64,000 nucleotides of DNA from Oikopleura dioica (lineage: Eukaryota; Animalia; Chordata): NCBI GenBank assembly GCA_907165135.1, contig OU015566.1, positions 3,782,001 to 3,846,000 of the forward strand. The letters are read 5' to 3'. The notes beneath the pieces were generated by a model, which made no database searches, had not been told where the DNA came from, and saw only the letters and a program-made list of their open reading frames with translations. Made by a program: the position numbers and the translations under genes. Of this stretch, positions 45,364 through 59,130 are shown in pieces (the stretch's first letter is position 1; every line of letters begins with the position of its first letter).

Positions 45364-46687
45364 CTATTCGCAAGTTCCAATTTCTTTGATGTCAGAAAAC
45401 TCCTCGCTACAGCATTGTTGGCGATTTGGGTTGAAGATCAGTCGGAAATTGTTACTGTAATTTCCGCAGCACTGTAAATGCGTTTTCATATTGAGAAAAA
45501 AACATCGATTTTTTGAAAGATTTTTTTCAATTTTTTAAAATTTTTCTGAAAAAATTGAAAAAAAAAATTTGAAAAGCATAATTTTTTTCTTATTTTTGAA
45601 AATAATTAATATCATTATTAATAAATTATTTGAAAAAAGACTGAAAATCGGCGTCCATTTTTTTAATAATTGATTGAAAAAACGCTCCTTTTTGCGATTA
45701 TCTCCTCCATTTCCAGGGACGTGGCAAGTAGCCTGTCGGTCGAAATCATTTTCCTGAATAAAATATTTAAAGATTCGTCTTCTTTTTGTCGTCTCTTCGT
45801 CATTTTACCTCACTCAGGAGCGGATTGTACGTCTCCTCGACTTCTCTCAACTGAAGCGCGAACTGTCTGTCGCATTGGCACAATTTCCATCTTAATAAGT
45901 TACAACAAGTTCGTTTGAAAATAAGGGTGTACCGGCAGGTATTGGGAGTGTTGTAACAAACGATGTCATCGGCTTTTCCGTCGCCGTCGTTGTCGACGAC
46001 GCTCCAGGAGTAACTCTTCATAGTTCCATCGCATTGACCATCTGACTCATCATTTGCGCACCAGTAGCACTAGAAACAAGAGTTTTTTCTGACAAACTTT
46101 TTATATATAATATAATATAAATTAAATTAATTATATAAATTAATATTAATTATATAAATTATATTATATATTTAATTATATGAATATATATTTATAAATA
46201 TATATTTAAAATATAATATAATATTTTTTTATAAAATAAAATTTTTTCCTACCTGTTTCAGTCTTGAGCAAACAGAGTCGATTCCATCTTGCGCCGGCCC
46301 TTTTCCAGCTGTCGAGTCATGAACAGCATAGCCGGGAATGCAGTGGCATCCGTAGAAACAATATCTCTCGAAAAGATAGTCGGTTCGTTGGACTTGCTTG
46401 ACCATTTCCGCCAATTGGAGCAGTTTTCGTGCTGTTCCGAATTCGCGTCTTTCCGTCGTCGAGAGCTCGAAACCCGACTTCATTTTCGAATAAGTGGAGC
46501 TGATGATGTCCCACTGTCCGCCCAATCGCTCGCCGATATAGCTCGGTCGACGACGAGAAAGGACCAGCTGGTTTGGATCGATGTGCGCGTCGAGAAGCAT
46601 TTGCGTCGCGTTGAAATCGCCGTGATTCTGCGCCGGAAGCGAGAAAGAAAAGGAGAAAAACGAGGAAATGATGCCGGAGAGCTTCAT
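45364..46687 (-). CDS. Secreted PLA2-like protein, predicted catalytically inactive, with a C-terminal CC..CC domain
   Basis: Signal peptide; LQLAEMV, YCFYGCHC, GKGPAQDGIDSVCSRLKQCY, LCQCDRQFA. The His48/Asp49 positions align to Leu/Lys. Confidence 0.85.
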
Positions 46688-46874
46688 TTTTTGGCTTTTC
46701 TTTTTCTAAAAGCTGAAAATGGAGTATTTAATATTACCTGGATGAGAAGAGCGCGCGGTTGGTTTTCGTAATCGGCCGCAGGAAGAGCTTAACAATTCAA
46801 CGTTTTATACTGTTTTATTTGATTCCCAGCGCTTTCGAAAAAAAATTATTAACGAAAAATGAAATGTGATCATA

Positions 46875-47087
46875 TTTATTTTTTCCTCAAAAAGTCATTT
46901 TTTGGCCCAAAATTTCGATTCGAGAATTTTTCAAAAAGAAGAGATGATTTCTAAAGGGCATTAACTTGATAAAAAAATGAAACTTATTATCAATTTGATA
47001 CCCTTAAGAAGTCATCTCTTCCTCTGTTATATTAATATTCTCGATTCGAAATTTTGGGCCAAAAAATAGTTATTTTAGGAAAAATAA
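46875..47087. mobile_element. Foldback palindrome (about 100-bp arms)
   Basis: TTTTGGCCCAAAATTTCGATTCGAGAAT...GAAGAGATGATTTCTAAAGGG mirrored by CCCTTAAGAAGTCATCTCTTC...ATTCTCGATTCGAAATTTTGGGCCAAAA. Confidence 0.75.
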
Positions 47088-48500
47088 GCCCAATTTCAAA
47101 ATTACCGACTGTAATTTCAAAATAAATAAAACAACTTATTCCTTGCAAATAAAAATCTTTTTTTGTTTTTATTTTACCTGTTGATGAAAAGTAAAAATTT
47201 CTTCTTCTCTCGAATAAAAAACAAAAAACAAGTCAATAAGTTCTGATTTGGTCTTTCACAAGATCGCGATTTTTGTCTGATGCAATGGATTTCGACCAGA
47301 TGATTTTTATAAAGAACCGCGCGCGCTTTTTTTCTACGCGGTGGGGCGCGAGAGCATTCCTGGCGCAGTTTCTAGCGCTTGCGAAGCTAAGCGTTTTTGG
47401 GGTTGAGTTGAATTTTGTGGTCGACCTCCGAAGGGTTAGATTCAATTTGAGATTGGAGAAAAAACTTTAGACTCGAGAATTTAAAATCATCAGCATTTTG
47501 AGCCAGAATCTTAAAGGTCTTTTTCTAAAAGCCGCTGAGCGGCTTTTTTAACCCTAGCCGGCAAAAATGATTTTTCAATTCGGCTTTGCTAGTTTTTATA
47601 AAGACTCGATTGTTAATTTCGCGAAGCAAAAATTTTTCAGTTTCAATTTTTATTAGAACGGCGGATCGGCTTCGTGAGCCTTTTTTAGAGCTGGTTGTTT
47701 AAGCGCATTATCTTTTGGCGCTTTTCTGGCGGTTGCTTTGCTAAAAAACGGCGATCGCCAGGCTCCACGTTATAAAAGTGACAATTTAATCCTCCAGTGG
47801 GCCGCTCTCGATTGCGTGAAATCATTGAAGTCCTCGAAGTGATCGAGCAGCGACCAAGTGAGCCAAATTCGGCCACTCACTCGAATTCCAGCCAGGATAA
47901 ACTCAGACGCAAAAACGAGGAGTTGTTAAGAAAGCAAAGCCCAACGAGCGGGGAAAATATCCAATGAACTATAATTTGCACTTTCGAATTGGACCATCAG
48001 GGCATTCAATGAATTCATGCACTTTTTGAAAAAAAACGGACTTTTACTTTTCATCATTTTTTAGATTTTTTTCTCTCACCATTCCCATCGACCCCAAATA
48101 CCGCAGCAGCTGTTTGGATCCTCCCTAGACATCCCCAGTTGTAGATTATCCATTTCAGATTGCAATGCATTCAGTCCGAAATAGATTCATCAGCAAAACA
48201 CTTTCTTTCTCAACATAATCAATTGTCAAATCGACAGCGATGGGGATGATTAGAAAGCTATGCCTGTACAATTTGTCAGTGAGACGGATTTATTTCGATG
48301 GACAAAGGGATGAGAAGGATGAGACTGAACTCAGTATTTATAAAAAGAGCGGAAAGAAAAGAGAGAATAATCAAAACCGAGATAAAATCGAGAAAAAAAT
48401 GCGCTGTATTTTTCATTTCCTCGCGTTTTTCTCATCTTTTTTCCTTTGGGTAAAATCTTGTTTTTTGTCTTCTAAGAAGCTTCTTCGTTTTAGGTACAGT

Positions 48501-48662
48501 ATGGGAACTGTTGGATACGGAGTGATTCCCCAGCATCACAAATCTAGCCCGATGAAGATCATCGAGTACAAGAAGAAACGTGCTTTCAAACCGACTTCTG
48601 GGAAGAAAATCGGAAGAACTGGAAATGCCGAGTTCAATCGATTGCTGAATTTATATCTTTGA
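48501..48662 (+). CDS. Possible small basic ORF (53 aa) after a splice acceptor
   Basis: TTTTAG acceptor then MGTVGYGVIPQHH...EFNRLLNLYL*. No homology recognised. Confidence 0.25.
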   Translation: MGTVGYGVIPQHHKSSPMKIIEYKKKRAFKPTSGKKIGRTGNAEFNRLLNLYL

Positions 48663-49635
48663 AATTTTTAGAATAAATTTCACTTCACTCTACTACTTTC
48701 AAAAACTATGGTTTGATTTCAGACCAATCAAATTTTCACATTCGGCCGGTGGGCCAATAAGATTCCCGAAAATAAATGGTTTCTTTTTTAATAATTTATT
48801 GATTAATTGTGAAACAATGCCAGATCATCATAAAAATCTCAAACGTTTACGGATGTGTCTAAAAAAGATAAAAATTGCGGAAGCATTAAGGTCTCGATTC
48901 CGGATTGCCAGGTGGATTTACATTGATCTGCGGGCTCTGACGATTATCGTTTTGGAGGCAGCTTGACACTGGACGCGCTTATCATCAAAAAATAAAATAA
49001 CTCGACAGTCACTGATAAGCAACACTGTTATGACCTTGACTCACTCCACCAGGGTCCAGTTTTTTATCGAAAGGAGAAAAACTCGTTTTTCAAATTCGAA
49101 AATTCGAAATCTAAATAAGGAAAAATTTGATTTGAGCAAGGTTCCAAGTCATTTAAAATTGAATAACCGTCAAATCGCGACATGTTCTTGCGGGCTCCCA
49201 AAAGGTATCAATGCAATTTTGAGCCGAGATTTTTTTGACAGTCACGAGAAATTGACAGTATCAATGCGCTCGAGCAGAAGGAGGGGTGGTTATCGGAAAT
49301 TCTAGAGCGCGTCTAACGTGCCCCGCGTAAGGTGTTTACAAAAACGCCTTGTAATCGACTCATTTACATTGTTAATGAAAAAGATAAGACAAGCAGCCTT
49401 CGGGGTATCACTTTTTTAGAATATGATGATGCACTCAAATCAGGGCCGGGCCGAGACACCACAGGAAGTTATTCAGGATAAAGTCACGTGTTACACCGTT
49501 GTCCAGGAGGTTCTATTTGTGCGGGACCTTAAGTAACCTTTTTTAGAGGAATTTCGAAAAAAAATTAATGTTCAATTAATGTTCAGAGTCCTTAATTCTA
49601 GATCCATCATTTGACATCAAAACTAGACACCATAA

Positions 49636-50988
<1,353 letters not shown>

Positions 50989-52251
50989 GAATTTTTCTGA
51001 AGAATCGACCACTAATAAATCTCTTCATCAAATTTTTGCTCATTATGTCAACTTTTCATGTACCCATATTTCCAATAAATACAGTATGAAAATCTCGCAT
51101 CAAGCAAAAATCTCCTTCTTTCCAAGACTTCGGAAGGAAGAATCCTCCATCTTCCTTCCTTCATCTTAGCCCACTTCACGGACCCATTTAATCCATAAAC
51201 GAACACGTTTTCGTAGACTAAATAATATTCATAAGTTCGCATTTGCCCGTTTTTATCAGCCGATAAAGTCGAGAGTAATCGAAAGAGTAAAGAGTGACAC
51301 TCGCTCTTGCTTATGTCAGGAAGTACGTCCTGGGAGCAGGTGTAAGTTTTTACGGTAGATAAAACATAATCGGGAAGTTACAATACTATTGCATGGCGTG
51401 GTAAGACAATTGTCCTATTTCCCTTCTTATGTTTTTCGAGCCAGTGAGAACGGATGATCTATTTTTCCCGTTATTCAAGAGCCGGATTTCGATACAGACT
51501 GTACAGTAATTCGGGCTTTTCATAATACAAGTGACCTAGATTAATACCTGTTATTACAGTAAGGGAGACACAATGACTCATGCGCATGAAAAAAAACGTG
51601 CGAAAATAGAAACAAAGCTCCTGTGGGTCCCGTCAATTCGTGGCACCGACATGACCACGAATTGACCGCCAGTACTTGATCAGTTCCAGTTGTTTGAATT
51701 ATTGAAAAGGGAGTTGTTGATTTGGATTCGCTGAAGTTCGTCACCTTGACTTGTTGCGAAAAGGAATTTCGGAATTATCATAACGCGACTTTTTGATTCT
51801 TTTTTTCCTGCCTTTGCTTTTTCTTCGCTGGTTTTCGTTGCGATACCCTTAAGAAAAAATCTCTCTTTGGAGCACTTGGATCAAAAACGAAGAATTTGCA
51901 TTCGATAAATTCTTGAGACTTTATTCGATGACGATTTTCAATTTCTATTTCTTTATTCGCTGCATTCCAATTCCTTTCTTACGCAAAAAAAATTGGGCAA
52001 GCCAAAAGCAAATTGCAAAATTGAAGAACGTGTAACGTTATTTGAGCTAAGATTCTCGCGCTCTCGAGGAAAATAAGACGCTGATTGACGGTGCTTATGA
52101 ACAAGCCACTCTGTTCGGCCAAGTGTCCACAAAATTAACAACACTTTTGGGTTAGCTCATCTTTCAAGCTAAAGTATACTCGGTTCTTCAAATTCTTGAG
52201 GGAAAGAACTCTTGCTTGCCATAGGAAATAATTCATAATCCTGCCCCAGAT

Positions 52252-52491
52252 CAGGGCTCTGCAACCTGGGTAGAAAACCTGAGTCAGGTTCTGAAGAATT
52301 AAAACGAAAAGCCGCGTAGCGGCTTTTTTTCAGAAACGAAGACGCGGAGCGGCTTTGCCATTTTTTAAAAGATATCGAAAGAAAATCAAGCGAAGCCGCT
52401 TTGCGGCTTCGTTCTTAAAAAAAGCCGCTACGCGGCTTTTCGATTTAACTCTTCTAAACCTGACTCAGGTTTTCCACACAAGTTGCCGAGC
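52252..52491. mobile_element. MITE family 1, most complete copy (plus partial copies to about 52582)
   Basis: CAGGGCTCTGCAACCTGGGTAGAAAACCTGAGTCAGG...AAGCCGCGTAGCGGC mirrored at the other end; long TIRs. Confidence 0.85.
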
Positions 52492-53235
52492 CAAGCCCGA
52501 GAAATCAGGGCTCAACTCGGGAATCTGTGATGAAAACCTGAGTCAGGGTCCTTGATTTTTCTAGGAACCTGAGTCAGGTTTTTAACATAGTTCATTTGTA
52601 AACTAGTGGGAGCCTTGTGTATCCCTTTTTTTATCTAAGCAAGGATATATTGCATTTCGCGGAAGTTTGCCATCACATTTGTTTTATTACGTGTTATGAG
52701 AACTAGGGGATTCGCCTTGAATACTTTAATTGACTCCGGAAAAAGAGGACGATTGGCGCGCACCATTTATCGCGATCCCAGTTCATCCCTTAGATCCATC
52801 CTTTCAGCAACGTTTTCCTTTTCCTTGATGCAGGATCTACCCTCTTTCTAGGGCAAGCTGGGGGCAATAAGAATTCAAAATATTCGAGAAAGCAAGGAGC
52901 ATACAATTTGTTTCTTACGCGCGACAGAAGAAGCAAATTTCTCGCAAATAGTTTTTTTCCCGTAAAAAAACGTGAGACGCGGCGAAGAATTTTCGAACTA
53001 GTGTAAAAACGAAAAAAGCCAGATGCGGGAATTTTTGACGAGTAAGAAAATATCACTGGGTCGTTACTTATACAACTTTTTTTGCCAGGTAGATAGGTGC
53101 GACCGTAAGGGTATTTCCGCAATATTTACCTTACGCAAGGAAAATATTTATAAGGCGTTTCGCGGTGTATACCCTTAAACAAGGTACACGTCTTGTATTT
53201 GTTGAACGTTTCAAATTGATTTAACAATAGTTTAT

Positions 53236-54092
53236 TTAAGGATCCCCCCGTCGACCATGGCCAAATTTCAAATTTTCAAACAACGATTTTGCCCCTTACA
53301 CCCTTAAGGCTACCTGGGTCGAGATGGCCATCTTTGAGGGTAAATTACTACCCTTTATTTCTTACGAAAAATGCCCTTTAATAGCTAATTCAATAGATCT
53401 ATCCTAGATCTCGGATCGTGACAGAGCATTTTTTTCGATTTCAAAATTTTTTTTCAGAAAATTTGCCCTCAAAGTTGGCCTCTCGGTCTAAAATGGCCAT
53501 TTTCAACGCTAAATTCAGGCGAAAATTTTCATACAAACCTATTTTTCCTTTTTGGATACATAAAGTCAAAAGCCTGCTCTACAATCGTGACAGAGCAGAT
53601 ATTTGGATTTCGAAGGTTTTTTTAACAAAATTTTCAAAAGATTGGTCTAGTCTTCACAAATTCCGCATTTTTGCTTGGTAAGCTTCCATTTTCCCCGGTT
53701 TTGAACTGAATTTAATTTTCTGGGGCAATTTTAAGCTTCACTACGATGTTAACCAGGCCATAAGCTTTTATTTAAGCCCTTAATCAGCAAAATCGGAGAT
53801 GAAAATTTTTCCGTCAAAATTTGAGGCGCTAGCATTTCCTATAGATTTTATACTTTACAGTGGTTTTTGACCGTGAAAACGTTTAGATAGCCATAGGGTC
53901 ATTATAGAGTTTTTTGTTCCTCAGAACCTGAAGAATTCGATTCTTTGGTCAGAAAATGGTTTAAGGGGGTACCCAAACTCGACCTAGGTACCCTTAAGAC
54001 TCCAAGTGAATTTGGTATCTGAATGTAGCTAAGAACGAGTTCTAGCGCAAAAAATGGTTTATTTTTGGATACCCTTAAGAGGAGATCCTTAA
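53236..54092. mobile_element. Nested TTAA-flanked elements
   Basis: Outer TTAAGGATC(C/T)CC TIR (11/12 match); inner element 53304-53997 with TIR TTAAGG(C/G)TACCT(G/A)GGTCGAG (18/20 match). Confidence 0.7.
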
Positions 54093-54686
54093 ATGAGACC
54101 TTAAATATTGATCAGAAATCAGAACTTTTGAATTTTCCTCAATAAAATAACACTTTCTTGTTTGATTTTTTTTTGAAAACAAGGCATTTTTTGAAACTTA
54201 CGCAAGTTTCTAGTTCTTGAGTTCTGTCCGCTCCAGCCAGCAGATGTCAAATTGATCCCTGCCGTGGCCCGGGCTGAATTGGATGGCCTAAGACATTCTC
54301 CCAAACACTTCACAAAACCAACAAAGCTGGAGTGCCAACCAGCGTGGAAAATATTTTTATTGAATCTGCCATTTGTAGCAGCTCTGTTTTCCAACTTTTA
54401 GAATGCACGATTTTTCGCTTCGATGGCAAAAAATGACACTTTATTTTGAAAATTACTTTTTGAAAAAAGGGAAAATGAATCTCAACATGAAAATTGATCG
54501 TTTTTATGACTATTGAAAAATAGACTTGACGCAACTTTCAACTCTTGTAACACCATTGAATCGCGGCCAACAATCATAAAAATCGACCCAACGCGAATCA
54601 AGTTTGGAAGTAGTATAAATTTTATTTTACCACATCAGATCGGTTCAGAAATTAATCAGAAAGAAAAAAAATTCGGCGAGAGAAAA

Positions 54687-55028
54687 ATGGATGAACTAGA
54701 ATCGGCCCTAACACCACCAGAAACTGGAGATTTCGATACAGGTAATTACGGTCAGAAAACTAAAGAAGCTTAACAACTACTTTCTTTGTCTCTAGAATCG
54801 GACGATTTCATAGAAGATACCCTAAATGAGCTGTCCGACTTCGATGAAGAAATAAACTTCGATGCCTTCGAGAACCCAAACGAAGTGCGACAACGACTAT
54901 CCCGCCGAGAATCCCGTCTTTCTCAAGTCTCCCAGACAGGCCGCAAGAAGGGCAAAAGAAAGGGGCAGCGACAAAGCAAAGTCTGGAAAAAGGGGTGGCA
55001 GCGAAAATGGACAAGTTCGAAGCGATGA
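54687..55028 (+). CDS. Small bipolar protein (acidic N-half, Arg/Lys-rich C-half)
   Basis: Two exons joined by a GT-AG intron: MDELESALTPPETGDFDT / ESDDFIED...GRKKGKRKGQRQSKVWKKGWQRKWTSSKR*. Confidence 0.5.
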
Positions 55029-55099
55029 GATGAATACTTCTTGTTTTAGGAAAATTGGCAGTGAAATTGTTAAATACAGTGAAACCACTCGTTAGTCGT

Positions 55100-55781
55100 C
55101 TTCTTGTAAACTCGAGCAGCTAATTTGCAGGCCGATGGAAAAACTCGAGTTGAGAGTCGATTCCGTTAGGGACGGTTTGCAAAGTCGGTCGAATCTTTGA
55201 AAGAATCAATTTTCTCCCTGTAGAAAAAGAAGAGGGCTTACGAATGAGATTCACGAAGCGAAGTAGACTCATTGACGGAAAGATTATCTTCCGAGTTCGA
55301 AATTTGAAACGAGACTCTTCTTTTTTCATTGAAGAAATTTGGCACTTCAAGAACTGGTTCAAACGAAAGCTGGTTCGAAATCGTCCGGTTTCTTCTTATT
55401 CCCAACGGAGCTTCAAGAAATCTGAAAGAGAGGGGGAAAGATGGAAGGGAGAAAAAGGACTTACGCTCTAGAATCCAGCGATTTGAAGACATTTTCCGAC
55501 TCCGAGTGGCTCAAATTGGAGACGGACTTTGGCGACCCTCGAGGCGTTGGAGTAAATCGATGAATCGAAAAAGGGTTGAGCTTGTACGAATCTGCTGATT
55601 CACGACTTTCTCTAAGCTTGGACAACAAGTTCTTTTGCGCTGTTTTATGATTGCTTACGTGATTGAAGGAATTTTCTCTTGGGCGGATCGAGAGAGCTGA
55701 ATTTGGGCGTGAATTTCGCGATGCGTCTTCATTTTCGTACTCAATACTTATTTCGGGGATATTGGCGCTTGTTACGTCCAT
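55100..55781 (-). CDS. Unknown Ser/Arg-rich protein (3' end approximate)
   Basis: MDVTSANIPEISIEY... exon with GTAAG donor, continuing in frame in downstream exons. Confidence 0.45.
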
Positions 55782-56089
55782 CGAATTTCGATCATTGAGG
55801 GTTGACAGAACTGATGTTATTTTCTTATTTTAGGTTTTCGCTAAAGCTTCATAAAAATTCGACCAATCAGAGGTCTTGATGAAAAGGGTCGTTATTCTGA
55901 TACACGGGAGTAGAGAATGACATTGAGTACAGTTCCTGAGATATTAAACAACGCTTCTGAATGACGACGAACATGCTGAAAGAACTCGGCCTTTATGACA
56001 GTCACAAACATTCAGTTACAACGAGGACATAAATAATAGATATTTTGATTGATTAAATTGACTTTGAACCATTTCCTGAGATGCTCTTC

Positions 56090-57905
56090 TTAATTTGCTT
56101 GTCGTATAATTTTTGATTTCAGCATCAGGATCACCCGTCCAGGGAAAAATCATGCGCTTCCATGTTGAGTGGCAGAATATGCAGCAAGTAAGGTTCGCAA
56201 GAGCATCGATTACATAACCGTTGTTGACGAAGACGATTGGTTTCGTGTCTTGGAAGGTTATCTTTAACCTGGATATTTCCTTGATTTCAGTTATAACATG
56301 TTGTTTTTGCTTGAAATTGAATTATCCAGTCATAAAAGAGAATGCAGCATAAATCTGTGACTGTGCAGCAAGTCGCTAGAATCGTACATCGTCTCAAAAG
56401 TCGATACATGCCTTCTTGCTGAAGAGGATTCGTCGCGGAAATGTGCTTCGGATGCAATTTCAAGGGATAGAGAAACAGGAAGAGAAGGAGGGATTGAATA
56501 AAGACCATCGATCCAAGTCCAAGCTACAAATTGAAAAATGAGCTTTTGGACATTTCGAGACATCTAGATACATCTCAAGACATCTCAAGACATCTAAGAA
56601 CATCTTAAGACATCTGAGAAGATTTGCATACATCAAAACAAATCTCTGTGATAGAGGGACATCAAAAGACATCTTAGGACATCTCTAGACATCCAAAGAC
56701 ATCCAAGGACATTCTAAGACATCTTAAGACATTTCTTCATCTATTCAATGATTATCTCACCCATAAGCTCCATTCATCATCGTCCTGGAAACAGATTCCT
56801 TCGAAATATCCATTTTCCTTCCGTTTACCACAAATGATCACTTTTGGGTCGAAGAAATGAGGCGCTACAGTGATATTCGAAGCAGTAACAACAAAAATGA
56901 TCGCTGCCAAAGTGAACTTGTTCAGTTTCCGGGACCATTCGGGAAAGTTGTCGGAGAGAATCGGATCCTGGTAGAATTTATTTTGACGAAGCCAGAGAAA
57001 CAGGTAGATGAAGTAGAAAGTCGTGATGAAAATGACGTTACTGTTCTTTGGCTTCAAAAATAATTTCGGATTTTGGGAATTTCGAAAAAGGTTGAAGCAT
57101 GCCTGGCTAATCTTCTCGGTCACCCGGCATTTTAAATGACTCATGTTTTGTTGGTAGTTTGACCAGACGAGGAAGGAGCATAGAATGATGTCGAGGAAGG
57201 AGACAAGGAGGAGTAAGGCGAAAGAAACGCGCCGTAGTTTTGGTTTGAAAGGACTTTCATGAGATCATAAGAGTTATATAACATTAGTTGGGACATGTTA
57301 GGGACATTTAAAGACATTTTAATACATCTAGGGATATCTTCAGACATCTAGAGACATTTGAAGACATCTAGAGACATCTGAAGACATCTAGAGACATTCA
57401 AAGACATCTGGATACATCCAAAGACATCTGGATACATCCAAAGACATTTATCGACGTTGTTATCTTTTCCATTAAAAATGTTTTCTGATCTCAATCCTGA
57501 ATTCTCCAAATCTAAAAGAATAAACCGACAACGCACAAAACAGATAAATCGCGATAATAAGGCTCACCCCTGCAATATTGCCGGAAACAATCTAAAACAA
57601 CTCAAAATGTAAAAGATCCAAAATTATGTGATTCCAACCTGTTCAACTTTATGATCTCTGTATTGAGTAAAATTTCCTTCCTGATCCCAGCAAAATTGTT
57701 CCAAGCTTTCATTTTTCATTTTCATTTCTCGTTTTTTCCCGTTTTTTTTGGAATTTATTTGAAGAACAAGTATTGAAAGAACCGCTGAATAAGAAAAGTA
57801 AGTGACAAGTGCATCGATTCGAAATTGAATTAAAGCCGCTTGTGAGCTTTTATCTTTTTTATTCGTGTCTCTGAAAGATTCTGAATGTGCTGCGGCCTGG
57901 GGCAC
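56090..57905 (-). CDS. Multi-pass (7TM-like) membrane protein, lineage-specific; borders approximate
   Basis: Successive hydrophobic exons (VIFITTFYFIYLFLW; FTLAAIIFVVTASNI; VFIQSLLLFLFLYPL; CTILATCCTVTDLCCIL; DALANLTCCIF..WKRMIFPW). Confidence 0.5.
56555..56740. repeat. 10-bp minisatellite (AGACATCYNA), copy 1
   Basis: Tandem gacatct units in an intron. Confidence 0.85.
57285..57432. repeat. 10-bp minisatellite, copy 2
   Basis: Same unit and orientation as at 56555-56740. Confidence 0.85.
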
Positions 57906-58380
57906 GTGTGCCAGGCGCTCGGAGGAGAAGCGGGTCAGCGAAAAGTTAATTTAGTCGGATAAGGTTCAATTAGACCAGTTTATAGCGGCTTTATCAAGAT
58001 GCATAAAATCTTGAGTGACGGGCGGGCCAGATAAAATAGGATTTTTCTATATTGAATGCGATAAAAAATATTTATAAGTTGAAACGAAAACTCCAGATGA
58101 AGATTTTTATTTAAAATTCTAGTGCCAATTTGAATAGAAATAAAATCTATCTAATAAGACCATGTGAAAACGCTGATTTTTCAACAATTGAAATCAAGGA
58201 AGACTTTTAAAAATCATGAAAAATCGCTAAAATTGTCCCTTTTTGGGCCGCTTCACCAATATGGGTTAATTTTCAAACCTTTTTTTTTGTGAAAATTTAA
58301 CCTTTTGAATGGATTTGAAAAGTATTTTCTTTTGAATTTTTTTCTTTGAATTCTCTTGTCGCAATTCTTATCGCAATAAG

Positions 58381-58490
58381 TTAAGGGTACTGATTGGGCG
58401 AATTAGATGCGATTTTCATTTCTTATCCTAACCATGGCCCACTTTGCCACCTGTCGACGCCACAAATCATCAGACTCGTTAGTCCCTTAA
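58381..58490. mobile_element. Tiny TTAA-GGG MITE
   Basis: TTAAGGGTACT ... AGTCCCTTAA. Confidence 0.45.
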
Positions 58491-58924
58491 ATGTTTCTCT
58501 TGTCTTTGCTGCTCCCTCAAAATTAGTGACTTATTCACTTCTCGCATTCTTGCCATTTTTCTCTAGAATTTGAATTTTGAGGAAATTTTTGAAAAAAAAT
58601 TTCTTCAGTTTTGAACACAACTCAACATTTTTCTTTCCGAAAAGGCGAATGAATTCATTTTTATGAAAAAATAAACAAAAATAATTTTACGGAAAAAATT
58701 TTGTTATCAAAAATGTTTGATGTGGACACCATAATCGGTGATTTTACCTGATTGGTGTGCAATTTTTAGTCGTCCTTAAGGTCGTACAAGAAATCGACTA
58801 TGAGGAAAACCGGGACGTAATTCTGACCATACTCGCCGTATGGGCTATCCTGGAGACATATGGGTAATACTGAGTCGTAATAACTGTCACTAATATTTTT
58901 CAAATTGTTTATTTATCAGATCTA

Positions 58925-59130
58925 ATTAGAAGAGTTTTCAATAAGATCAAGGATGAACTCAATTTCTTTCATGAAAACGAACGAAGCCCTTATGACCTCA
59001 GCATCGTCCACAATGTCGGGTAAATTGAGCATGTTTCGAAGCATCTGAATGCAGTCCCTTTCGGAATTCAGCGAAGAAAAATCGAAGCTTTCGCCGTTCA
59101 TTAACTTTCTTCTTAGACAAATGTCTCCCT
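58925..59130 (-). CDS. Probable terminal coding exon of an unknown gene
   Basis: GDICLRRKLMNGESFDF...IEFILDLIENFSN* after an AG acceptor; upstream exons unresolved. Confidence 0.3.

Noticed and set aside
46085-46230. AT-only tract
   Set aside because: Ordinary low-complexity intron sequence.
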